From Macrostomum lignano (Eukaryota): a stretch of 64,000 nucleotides of DNA. Positions within the stretch are counted from its first letter, which is position 1; each line of letters starts with the position of its first letter. The stretch is taken from the NCBI GenBank assembly GCA_002269645.1, contig NIVC01001508.1, forward strand, positions 108,792-172,791, in the 5' to 3' direction. Shown here one piece after another: positions 16,521-28,015 of this stretch. The notes beneath the pieces are model-generated. The model did not search any database. It was not told where the DNA came from and worked only from the letters and a program-made list of their open reading frames with translations. The position numbers and the translations under genes are program-made.

Positions 16521-17223
16521 CCTTTTTACGTTCTATTTGATAAAAACTGCAACCAATTTGGCCACGGCTCAGCCTGACCATAGACATAGAATTTTCCACA
16601 GACAGCCACCGCCAGCGGCAACCAATTTGGCAAAAACTGCGAGCTATTTTGCCAGCTTGAAGATAGCAGCTGCTCTGATGGCGAATCGTGGGCCGTACCA
16701 AAAGATAAGTCAGCTGGATCGAGAGCGAATCGTGAGAGCGTACAGGAGTGGCGATGACTGGGGAGAGCTTGGCAGAATGATGGGGATGAAGAAACCGACA
16801 GTGAGGAACATCGTGACCACGTATGAACGAACTGGTAGAGTTGGCACTCTGCCAAAAGGAGGAGTGAAGAGGATGGCGCTGACGGAGGCTATGGTGGACA
16901 CCATTGTTCAATTCGTCGAAGGTCAACCTACTGCCTCTCACGCCTCTCAAGTGCCTGCGCTGGATCAACCATTCCCAGACGTACTTCAATCGGTGCTTGA
17001 ATGCTGAGGACATAATGTTCTGACTTCGTGCATGTATTGTTAACATTCTTTATCGTTATTGTTATGCTATTGAGCTGCTATCTTCAAGCTGGCAAAATAG
17101 CTCGCAGTTTTTACCAAATTGGTTGCCGCTAGCGGTGGCTGTCTATGGAAAATTGCTGCGGCTGCGTCAGGCTGAGCCGTGGCCAAATTGGTTGCAGTTT
17201 TTATCAAATAGAACGTAAAAAGG
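16521..17223 (+). mobile_element. Internally deleted Tc1/IS630-like DNA transposon with ~150-bp TIRs and TA TSD
   Basis: TA|CCTTTTTACGTTCTATTTGATAAAAACTGCAACC... is the reverse complement of ...TTTATCAAATAGAACGTAAAAAGG|TA. ORF 16678-17007 encodes an HTH-like N-terminus (ISQLDRERIV...KPTVRNIVTTYERTGRV). A transposase-like C-terminus (CLRWINHSQTYFNRCLNAEDI) follows out of frame; no DDE core. Confidence 0.85.
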
Positions 17224-17448
17224 TATATTGAACCCAATTTTTATGCAGAAAGGGTTATGCTTTTAAAAAATAAAAAAACCGATTGAATTTACTGGCACGC
17301 AAATGAAATTTAAGATCAAGTAAAGATAATTACTGGTATTATAATAAAAAAGAAACGAAAATTAGCGCAAAAGCATGATAGCTACTACCGTACATTCTCA
17401 AGAAATCCAAGAATGATGACAAAGTTTTTCATTATCCTTAAATATCCT

Positions 17449-19218
17449 TCAATTTTCTGATGACATGCACAACAAATTCGTGGCCGGAAATCTGATCGTG
17501 CTCCTTCTGGCTGGATTTTTACTGTTGGTTGTAGCAGGTGTCGCACAAGTAGACATCGTTTCGATGCCTCTTGCACACGAAACTAGCGCAGTTGGCACAA
17601 TTTTTGTTTCGCGTTTCAGCGAGTACTTCTCCGCACTTGTGCTCCTTTCCGCCATGCACAGTCGGCATCGCCCTCGCTCTCCTGCTGGCCGATCGGCGGT
17701 AGCGCATTCAGATAGCTGATAATTTGGTTGAATTTTCAGCACCGTGTTGAAAAGACTACGTAGATGAATTGACATGCCGGTTTGGGTCATTCGCACGGCG
17801 TTCAATCTGCGGTGGAAGCAACCCGGAAGCAGCTTGAAGGAGAAATTCTTTGCGAGTTAGGCCCGTGTGACCTGAAAGACGGTAAACCGTATGTCCGTTG
17901 ATCCACACCACATTGAGCATGTGTCCAGTGAAAATTGTCTTTTCAAGACAGCGCGATATGCGATGGCAGTTCATAGTGGTAACCATTCTGTTGATCGTGT
18001 CGGTGCCGGCCTTCGTTGCGTTGTAGTGCTGGATCAGCTCTGGTTTGTTTTTTGGAGGCACACGTCGGCTGTCATGGTGATTAGTGGATAACAGAATTAC
18101 AGTCCTCCGCTTGCTTGAGCACGCACGACTGTAAGAGGCCCGTCATAAAGGAACTCCGGCTGACTTGGTCTCTTGTTGCCCTTGAACTGAGGTGGCAGGC
18201 GATCAGCGGTAATGTTTACCCAAAAGCCTTCAAAGTTGTCGGATAGACGAAGCAGCACTTGCTCGCCACTCTAGTATTTGCCGACGCCACCGCTCTCCGC
18301 TTTCATCAGCAGGTTGTTGTATGCGGTGTACAATTTTGATTTGTACACATAATGCAGTGTGTCACTGCTTTCTTCGATCGGATTTCGAGCAGTCGTTGCC
18401 ATGAAAAACTTCAGGCCGTTTCCTGCTGGCTTGTCCTTCATGAAGACAGCAAAGCTGCAGTCATTGCTATAGTATCGAATGAGTTGTTCATCGATACAAA
18501 TGTAGGCTCCAGGCAGGACGGGCATTGCGAGGCGATCTTGAAAAGTGCTATACAGAGCTCGAATGCCGTAAATCGGATCTCTGGCAGCCTTTGCAATCCG
18601 GCTCGCGCGACATTCAAACGAGAGACAACTCCATAATTGCGAAAATCTGTTTCTCGAGAAGCCTGTCACCAAAAAAGCGTGAATCGGATGACAAGGGTCG
18701 ACAGACCAAATTTGCTGTACACTTGCGTTGTGCATGTTGTGGGCTCCTAAATAAAGTAGTGCTCCAATGAAGCCTTCCATTTCAACAACATCACAGTCTT
18801 TGAAGTCATTGCCAAGTCTGCGATGGCCAGTCTCATTTGTCGCTCTGACAATTTCTTAACAGCATCTCTGGGCAAAAAATAGGACGCATTCCGTTGGCGA
18901 GTCGAAAGAAAAGTTTGGATTGATCTGCGGTTCGAAACGCAGCACAGAGTCGCTTGGCCATCGCCTTGGGTGTGGATGTTGAGTGCTATAGCTAAATTCA
19001 TGATCTGGTAGGGGCTTGATTTCATTAATTACTTGTAGTTTTGACGGCGCTAAAGATACTTCGGGCGACTCCTCATCGGACAGAAACTCGTCTGCGTCAG
19101 CTTCACTTACTTCCGAATCACTTGAATCGGTACTGGTCGATCTTGATTCGTCAGTTGGGTCAGAACCTTTGGGGCATCTGCCGCTATAGCTCGCCATTGC
19201 AATCCAAAGCAACGACAT
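17449..19218 (-). mobile_element. piggyBac transposase remnant (frameshifted; ends not identified)
   Basis: ICIDEQLIRY...FMKDKPAGNGLKF, NITADR, KPELIQHYNATKAGTD and a C-terminal Cys cluster (CRLC...CANC...VCKRH...CDTC). Confidence 0.85.
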
Positions 19219-19319
19219 CTTTGCAATCCTTTTACTCTGTATGCCAAAATCCGGAGATTAGGCGATGCTATTTGAACTAGTAAATAAAATCTTGCTGAAA
19301 AGACACGGTGAAATATACT

Positions 19320-20876
19320 CAGCAACATTGAAAAGTCGCCATCACTCCGTCTAGCTGTACTCGCCACTTTTGAGAGTGCAAGTAAAGTCTCGGAATCTTG
19401 CGAGTGACGCAACTTGGCTATGCCACGCGACAGACTTGGATTGAGGAATGAAGTAGGGGAGCGGTGTGCGAGGGTGGGACGGATTAAAGCTACCCGGATC
19501 AGTTTTATTGGCATCTTTTTTTCAGAACAGTCCAAGAGAAATTGCTCACTAGCTAGCGCACAGAGTGGCGACTTTTTAACGTTGCTGGGTATATATGGTC
19601 GAAATATATACTTGATCTACGAGCAATCATTATCTAGACAAGGACTACTTAAAGCAAAGCAAAAGCTGCATCTTCCGAGAAATATACGTTACTTTTGTCG
19701 TCCTTGTATCCGCCATTCCTTAGATCTATCAAGCGAACACTCGATAAACATGCAGGTATTAATTTTGCCACCGGAAGGGGAGCCTATTGGGAGCCAGGAA
19801 GCAAATTCGGTGCGCAGCAAGGTGCAAGTCCACGGCATATGAACCAGATTAGAGATCGGCAAACTCCGACCCGCTAAGCCCCTCTCTATCCGGTCCCCTC
19901 AGGTGCTTTGAAACTTTGCAATAGCAATTCAGCCTGCTCGATCAAGGCTCATCTCTTCTCAGCTCGATCTGCTCTGTCTCCTCTTTTCTCATTTATTCCC
20001 TCGCCTCTCCTTTCTCCCATCACTCCTCGCTCTTCTCTAGCTACTCCCTCTCTTTTCTGCCCTCTTCTGACCCTCAGTCAGTCGTTAGGTTTCTTTACCT
20101 GCCCTTGAGGTAAAAAAGTTTTCGAACTCTTGAGCTATTGTACACATGAGGAGCGAGTTTAACGATACTGTGGTATTCAAAGTGTGTTGACTTGGCTGGG
20201 TTGATTTTTGTTTGTGGTGTTAGCTTGCACTTTATTTAGTGTTTTAGTGTGGTGTTTTTTACTGTTTCGCTGTGGGCGCCTTTCTACAATATCTTGATGT
20301 ACGCTCTTACTGATGTACGTTCTTTATTCTGGACACTCTTGTTCTCAACCCTTAAACCTTATCCACTAAATGTATCGTGCTCAGTATTTACAATATAAAT
20401 CGCAGTCGCTTGCCTCGTATCAAGCGTACATGTATACTGATCTTCTACAATCTAAAGTGAAGTCTTCACAGAAAGTTTACTTGTACCTCTGAATAAAAAA
20501 ACAGATAAAATTGTCTATCAAACAAGCTGCTAGAAAGTTCAGCATGTTCCGTTTTACGAGAAAATATATATACTCAGAAACATCGAAAAGTCGCCATCAC
20601 AGAACATTCCGCGAGTGACGCAACTCAGCTACACCACGCGGCAGACTTGGGTTGAGGAATGAAGTGGGGGAGCGGTGTGCGAGGGTTGGGTGGATTATTA
20701 AAGCTACCTCTCAGTTTTCTCGCGAGCACTGCATGAGCAGAAAAAAGGAGGGAAAGGTGACCCAGAACCAGAAAGAAAAGCAGGGGAAGGAGAGGAGTCA
20801 GAAATTAATTAATTGAAGCAGAAATCCGCTGGACGGCAGGGCGCATAGAAACAAAAGCTGCATCTTCCGAGAAATA
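19320..20876. repeat. Diverged direct repeat pair (about 19320-19690 and 20575-20876)
   Basis: Shared blocks in the same order: GAAAAGTCGCCATCAC, GAGTGACGCAACT..CCACGCG.CAGACTTGG.TTGAGGAATGAAGT.GGGGAGCGGTGTGCGAGGGT, AAAGCTACC, CAAAAGCTGCATCTTCCGAGAAATA. Confidence 0.75.
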
Positions 20877-21402
20877 GCAGAAGACTGAGTCGGAGCGCCA
20901 TGCAGTCACATTTGTGGACTGAGACGTCGCCCTCAGACATGCCTGCATATTGAGAAGCCACCCTGAAGCAGACGGGTGAAGGTTGAATTGAGGCTGCCAA
21001 CGGGACTCTAGTGCGGGCGCCCAGGACAGAAAAAGTGAGTGTTGCGGCTCGACAACCTGGTTCTATGTAGAAATCTATTTAGAAAATATATAAGATAAGC
21101 TTTATGAAACTGGGAAAATGCTGATGGGAGCGAAAAGAGGGGCCCTAAATATACTAATGAACTCAGCAAGGAACATTGACATCAAGCGCGCGTTTTGAGC
21201 AAAGCACTAAAAAAGAGGACTGTTGCCAGTTTCAGGTATATAACCCGAAATTGAGCCCTGGATCCCAAATACTGTACAATCCAACTCTGTATTTGTGAGC
21301 AAAGCTAGAGCTCTATAAATGTATAAAAGTTTGACAACAAAAGGCAACAAAAATTGTTCCAAAGAAAAACTTCGCAAGTCCCTATACGAGAGGTATTTAA
21401 AT

Positions 21403-23945
21403 ATGGCGCACGACCTCGCAGCTCACAGCCGATCGCTGTCCTCAGCCATGGCGACTGCCGGGTTTCACTCAACAAACGCAGCGGTGCAGAGCGGCTTCGC
21501 AATGGCAGCTGAGGAGCTGATCCGATTGCTGGCTAAAAGCTTCTACATCTTTGGCAGCTACGCTGACGGCTGGGGCTCCAACCTGTGCTGCATCAATGGA
21601 GACGTCGCTCCAGACTCCGACATCGACGTGACGTACATCATGACAGACGCGAGCCAGCAAATCCACATTCACCCGCAAGTCGCTGACGGACAGCGGGCCG
21701 AATTTCGACACAACGACTGCGAGCTGACTGAGCCTGCGAAGTACGAGGACGGGCACGTCAAGGCACGCGTTCGCAGTAAGGAAATTATCGCTATAATATC
21801 ATACTAATGCATTAGATATGAAATTTAGATATGTACAGAAACGAAATTTATCATCTACATCTGTCCTGAAAATGCAGTTTTAGCGCCGAATATCGCATTG
21901 GAAGTGTCGCGGATGTTGCCTGCAATCGACCTGATTTTGGCGCATTCCTGCTGCGGCTACCCTCACATCGAGCTGCTGCGGCCCGGATACAGGACTTGCA
22001 TGTCCGATGACATTATGAGGGCGCTCAGAGAAGAGGTGCTGGGCGAGTCGCCAAGGTGCCACGCCGTCAGCAGTGCGCCGCCCGGTCTAGAGGGCAGCCG
22101 ACTTCGAGTGAGCACAACCCTGCTGGAAAGGTCCGTCATGCAGCATCTCACCACCGTGCAGGGTCAGTTCTTCATCCTCGTCAAGTTCCTCATCAAGAGG
22201 GTGATCGGCAGCAGAGTGAGCGGTCTGAAGACGTACGTTGGCAAAAACTTGCTGTTCTACATGCTCGACGAGACACCGGCGAAGGACTGGAAGTCGGACA
22301 ACCTGCTGGCGCTGGTGCAGCAGTCGTTGGACATTCTCGTGGCAATGATGGAGAGCTCAGACTCCGAGGACGCCTGCATGAGACATTTTTTCTTGCGTGA
22401 CGCCAGAGTGTTCTTCAAGCGAGAGCACGACTCAAAATCGAGGATTGTAGCAGCCGTCCGTCAGTCAGCAGACAACCTGCTCAGCGACCTGAAACCGTTC
22501 AGAGAGTCTCTGCCTAAATTTGAGGTCAACGTGATTCTCCTTTCGTTTCTCTCTTACTACCTTCTAGCAGTAGAGTTACTGGAATGCAGTGATTTCAGCT
22601 TGACAAAATACGTTTCCACAATGCAGACGGCAACTGAGCTTTGGTTAAGCATCAGGAGTGAAGCTCCGGTCGGGTCTCGGTCTGGCAGATTGACTCAACT
22701 TTTGTCGGACGTCGAGCGCCAGATTCCAGACAGCGCTCAGGTCGGCAAAGCCTATCTCAGAGCCGCTGCTCTCTTCAAAATGGGTCAGCTTGTCACACCG
22801 GAGCTGGAGGAGGCGGCAGGTGCATCTCTGGGCTATATTCGGTGTCCGGAGGGCGACGACAACTCCCTGACGGTGGCTTCGGCCAAGTCGCTGGCTGTGG
22901 ACAAGCTTGTGCAGACTCGCTGCCTGGGTGTCACAGCAGCAAACGGCCAAATAGTCGACTGCCCGAAGCTGGTTAATGAAATCGGGCCGGTTGTGTCTTT
23001 GTTTGAGAAGCACCTGTGCGGCTTCAAAGTGACGAAGCAGCAAATGCTTCTGGCCTTGGCTTCCGGCTCCCTTTGCGCAAGAGTCTGGATGAGCAATGTG
23101 AGTGCACAAGAGATGGGGGGTCGCTTGTTTATTATTGGGAAAGGAAATGACGTCTGTCGCGACTTTCCTAGTCATTTCTTTAGTGCATCTTCACTTGCCT
23201 CTGTTTACTGTTTTCTCTCTCTCTCTCTCTCTCTGTCTAGCTCAATCTTGTTATTCTTATCTCTCTCTCCCTTGCTGCGTTCTGATTGGCTCTCCTTTCT
23301 CGCCTCTTTCCTCAGTCGCGCACTCCATCCCCTTGTCTTATCTTGCACCCCAAAGTTAGTCTTATCTCGTATCTGTTTGGGCCCTGCGCCCACTTACTGG
23401 CTCCTTATCTTATTTATTCAATTTAACATCTAATTTAAATGTATATGTAGTATGTTTACTCTTATTATTTTCTCGACAACCCTATTAACTCTTTTGAGCA
23501 CCCAATTCCTAGTTAGTAGCAAAAATGAAATAGAAACGTTAGGGGAGAAAATCTTTTAACAAGCGCTGCAGTCATCAGAATGCAGATGTCTATGCCATCG
23601 CACCTGGCTGACATGATTTACGGTAGCTAATTATATATTAGCAGGTAAATGCAAGCTTCAAACTATATGCTTGAATAGAAAACTCCTGGATACTAGCGAT
23701 TGCGCAATAGATGTCTAAATCCAATTTGCACTGGTCCAAATCGAACACAAAGCACCATGCTCCGTTCTCCGATTCAAGGCAACCGAGTACAACTCAAGGA
23801 ACACTATAGTGGGCAGGCAACTGCGTGAATTGGATATTTTTAGGCAGATCAGCGTTCAAAGACAAAGCGGTCGGCAGCAAGACGCTCAAGAAGGAAGAGG
23901 GGACAATCGAGGAGACCCAGACGAGTCACGAGGCGATTCGAATGA
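21403..23945 (+). CDS. Mab-21/cGAS-like nucleotidyltransferase, copy B, spliced. Exons about 21403-21775, 21878-23097 and a putative last exon 23844-23945
   Basis: Colinear with copy A, same intron and same catalytic motifs. About 16 amino-acid differences by eye. Extra ~340 bp of CT/AT-rich sequence at about 23150-23490 in the inferred last intron. Confidence 0.8.
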
Positions 23946-24550
23946 CAAGAGTTCCTAACAATGAAACCATATTAGACAGCTACTCTCGTCGATTAATTAA
24001 AAGTTCAAAGCAGCTACAAGTGCTGAAATGTATCTCTATCTAAAGTGAATTTCTGACTCTGCAAAATTCAGATGTTAAAGCCCTAACCGCGCTCACCCTA
24101 GTTAACGACAGCAAGCTTTAATATTCTATACTTTTTCTAATTGTAGAAATTTTCGATGAGATATCTGTTTAACCCAGTCCGACGATTTTCACAATTTTTT
24201 ATCCGAGCTGTTTGTCATGAAAAATTGATGTGGAAGCGTAGCTCTTTACTTATTTCGACTGCTGATTAGCACTTCTTTGTCTTCGTAATGAACATGCAGC
24301 TGCCTAATCATGAAGTGAAGACGCTTCTAAAAATGGTATATAGTTAAGAAGACTGCGAATCATATTTCAAACGGTAAAAATAACCACACGACAACATGGT
24401 AATTCTGATTGGGCAGATATGAGTCTGTTTTCAAACGTTTCAAAATGAATTTTTAAATTGACAGAGGCGTAAGCGTAAGCAGGAATTCTAATTGGAGGGT
24501 GTTGCAACCTTGATTGGTGCAAATATTTGGTTTTCTTGTCTCTAGGTGGG

Positions 24551-24670
24551 CATCCCTTTCTCTTGGTGTGCGCCCCTGTCTCTTGTTTGGCGCCCCTGTC
24601 TCTTGGTGGGCGCCCCTGTCTCTTGATGGGCGCCCCTGTCTCTTGGTGGGCGCCCCTGTCTCTTGATGGG
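24551..24670. repeat. 20-bp minisatellite (CTCTTGGTGGGCGCCCCTGT); continues at 27215-27310 beyond the Ginger-like insertion
   Basis: Read directly on both sides of the insertion. Confidence 0.9.
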
Positions 24671-24679
24671 CGGCACCGG

Positions 24680-27210
24680 TGTTATGCCAACCATTATCCT
24701 AGGCAGAAAAGTATTCGGCTGAATAACTTTGGATGCGTTATTTTATCTGGGCCCAGATTGAATACGGCACGACACAAGTCATGCCAAGCACACTCCTAGG
24801 CTGATTTCTCTCTGGGGTTTACGAGATTAAAAACCTGTCAATAATCACAGTTTAAGCCGTGATCTGATATCACCTACATAAACACTGCTGAAAATTTATA
24901 GCCACGCATTCTCGTCCGCAAGTCTGTTGACAAAATTTTAAAGTCCTTTGACTTTCAGTACATCAAAATCTATGCAGTATACGTACAATTGTACATTTTG
25001 TGACGCAATACGTTGCCTATAAATAACTGCAAGTTTAAATATTTCGACTAAACTGGACTTCGTGCACTTGGCTTTCTTATTTTGAGGTACTAATACAAAA
25101 ACATGTCTGTCGCGTATTTCGACATAAAACTTTACTTGCTTAGTGGCGCATACGACGTCCCTGCGTCTTTGACAACAACTAAGGAGAAGAACAACTTCAA
25201 AAGCAAGGTTCGGCAGAAGCGCGCAACTTCAGGCACGAGGGCCAGCAGCTGTTCTATCAGCTCTCAGCTCGGGATGATAGTCAGAAGAAGCGCCATAGGT
25301 CAAGTGAGTGTCGCCTGGAGGTGGAAGATCAAGAAGAACGGTGTCGATTAATTTAAGAATCACACCTCTGTGACTGGAGGAGCTCATCAGGGGATAAAGT
25401 CTACCCTATCGAAGCTGCAGGGGCGATTTCATTGGGACGGCATGACAAAATCTGTGCAAGATTACCGTACGTTCAGAATTGCGCCGTCTGCCAGCGCAAC
25501 AAGAGGGCCGTGGCGAACGAACCCCAGTTGACGCCAATTTTAATTCCGTTGATGGCCGAACGAGTATTCGGTTTTGTCTGTGTTGACTACGTCAGGTTCG
25601 AGTCATCTTCGAAAGGTGATTGATTAATAGATTAATAGTTTTTGTGGTTACATGTATCAAATCAAACTAGCATACTCTCATTCATTTTAATGTAAACTTA
25701 GCAACCCAATGCTCCACTGGGAATCAATACCTGCTGACAATTTGCTGCAAATTTACCAAATTTGCATTGGCGTCAGCGCACAGCAGGAACGACGCACAGA
25801 CAGCCGCAAAACAGCTGTACAAGGCCTTCTGCGTCTTCTCCCGGCCCGACATCTTGCTGACCGATCAGGGACAAGGGTTCAACAACAACCTGAAGAGCTG
25901 CTTGTCTGAGAGGATTGATAAGAGACGAACCTCTGCTTATCCCCCCCCCCCAGGTTAGTGAGGTGAATATTTTTTCCCTTACATGCTCTCTCAATTATAA
26001 GTCTTAATTCGAATAAATTCGTATTCGATATTAAATAACTGACAATGCTCTTTCAGACCAACGGTCAGTGCGAGCGCCTCAACCAGAGCTTAGTCGCAGC
26101 TCTGCGCAAAATTTGCGACCAGGACTCTGACTCTGCGGCATGGGATGATTATGTCGATGGCGCAGTTCTGGCGTACAACAGTCGCGTGCACTCGACAGCT
26201 GGCGTCTTGCCTTACAAGGCCGTGTTCGGCAACGAACCAAGACTTCCCCATGACAGCATCGGACCAGCAGACGCTGCCATGGTCGGTGACGTCACGATTC
26301 GTCATGTAGAGAGAAAGGCAGAATCGCGTGGGCGGACCATTGAGTTGATGCGTCGACGCATCCGTCGGGCGCAGCAAGCTATGCAGCAGTACCATCAGCA
26401 GCGTCTGGCGTCTGCCAGCAGCCTCAGCATCAAAACCGGAGACAAGGTGCTGCTGCGGAACTTTGACCGCGACGATCGGAAACGCGGCAAACTGTAGACA
26501 CCATGGTGCGCCAAGGTTTACACGGTCGAACGTGTCCTAAGCAACAACTAAGGGAGATTTACAGCGATCAATGGCCGCCACCGGAAAAAATACCACGAAT
26601 AGGTGATCTACAGAATTTGAATTTCTATTATTTGACAGTAGTTTTAGGCTTCTAATTAAAAAAATCGAAATGCTTCGTATGAACTAGAGACTAAAAAAGG
26701 TTTTTAACTTGACTCACTAGAAACTTTGTGCTTTAGACCAATGTCAACTTAATGGGAGATTTTGAAAGCTCGTATAGGACTTAATCGATAAGGAAATTTG
26801 ATAATTCAACATATGCTCGTAATTTTTTGTGTATGTTTGCAAAATGTGCAGGATTTATCTAAAGGACAGGCTAAATTAGCTATTTACGGTTAATATATAT
26901 TTCACATTATGCCTTATAACATTATAATGTCCATTGACTAATTTTGTGTACGAGTACTTCATTCAGTTCTGGATTGTTGTTGTCTTTTTGTTGCAATGTA
27001 TACTTTGCAGTAATAATTTATTGTCTACTCGCAATGTTGTCGGAATATTTTAAGACGAATAAAATAAGGCATAAGATAGTTTCTGCTCTGTGAGAGAATT
27101 CAAAATGACCGAATGAGTTTGGATAACTGAAAAGTAATTTGGCCAATACGTTTGTCGTCTTATTTCATTCAGCCGAATAAAACAAGGCAGAATTTTTTTA
27201 AGACGTGACA
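24680..27210 (+). mobile_element. Ginger/GIN-like DNA transposon (Gypsy-type integrase with spliceosomal introns), decayed
   Basis: CCGG|TGT....ACA|CCGG (4-bp TSD). TATTCGGCTGAAT occurs inverted about 32 bp inside each end. Stand-alone integrase from 25103 with H-H-C-C (SH..AHQG..CAVC), VDY, LTDQG, QCERLN and a GDKVLL..KRGKL tail. GT-AG introns at 25616-25701 and 25954-26056. No RT, gag or LTR. Confidence 0.85.
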
Positions 27211-28015
27211 CCGGTCTCTTGGTGGGCGCCCCTGTCTTTTAGTGGGCGCCCCCGTCTCTTGTTGAGAGGCCCCGGTCTCTCGGTGGGCGGCCCTGTCTTT
27301 TGGTGGGCGTCACTAAAGCTATCTCCTATTGGTCAGGTTGATGCCAACTTAAAGAGGTGGCAGAAAGTTGAGCTTCTCTGTAATTCGTCTAGCTTTGGAG
27401 CGCAATTCTTGTGACGAAAAGTAGAAACTTTCATGGTTACTCCATCAAAATTGTTTAGCTAGCACAAGGCCTGGGTAGGTTTACTCAGCAGCGAGAATAT
27501 ATACTTGGCTAAAACTGACAAAAGAAAAACTGCCTGTCACTTGTGGCTACTGTGCGTACATTTTAGTTGGCTAATTCAGAAGAGAAAAATTGTTCTCTAA
27601 AAACAGAAACATCTAGCTACAGACCATGGGTCCTGACCGACCGAAATCTGTTCTGGTTATAACTGCTCTTAAAGACAAGCTTGCATACACAGCAAAGAGT
27701 TTACTCGAAAGCGCAAAGACTAACCCATACTATAAGCTGCGAGCGCATGAGACATTCTGTTTGAATTGGGTTTCTTTCTTGCTCCGAATTTGGACCGAAA
27801 TGCACCCGTGCCAATTGGATGTACATTGCTGTTTTCGTGTCTTGGTTTGAGGTGGAGCCACGTCAGAAGTTGAGAGGTGCTGTTTCTCTCTCCATCTTTT
27901 CTTCATTCTCTATATAGTGCAGAAAGAGAAAGCCAAGCATAAGCAACGCCCTCAAAGAATTTTCGTTTGCAAGAAATTATAGTTAGACGAAAGTTGAAAT
28001 TCAAGCAACAGAATT

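Noticed and set aside
17228-20360. piggyBac TTAA/TIR ends
   Set aside because: TTGAACCC (17228) and CCCTTAA (20349) do not form a matching inverted pair.
23098-23433. Hydrophobic C-terminal extension of the copy B ORF (possible TM anchor)
   Set aside because: It comes from a CT-rich insertion absent in copy A and lies after a good splice donor; most likely intronic.
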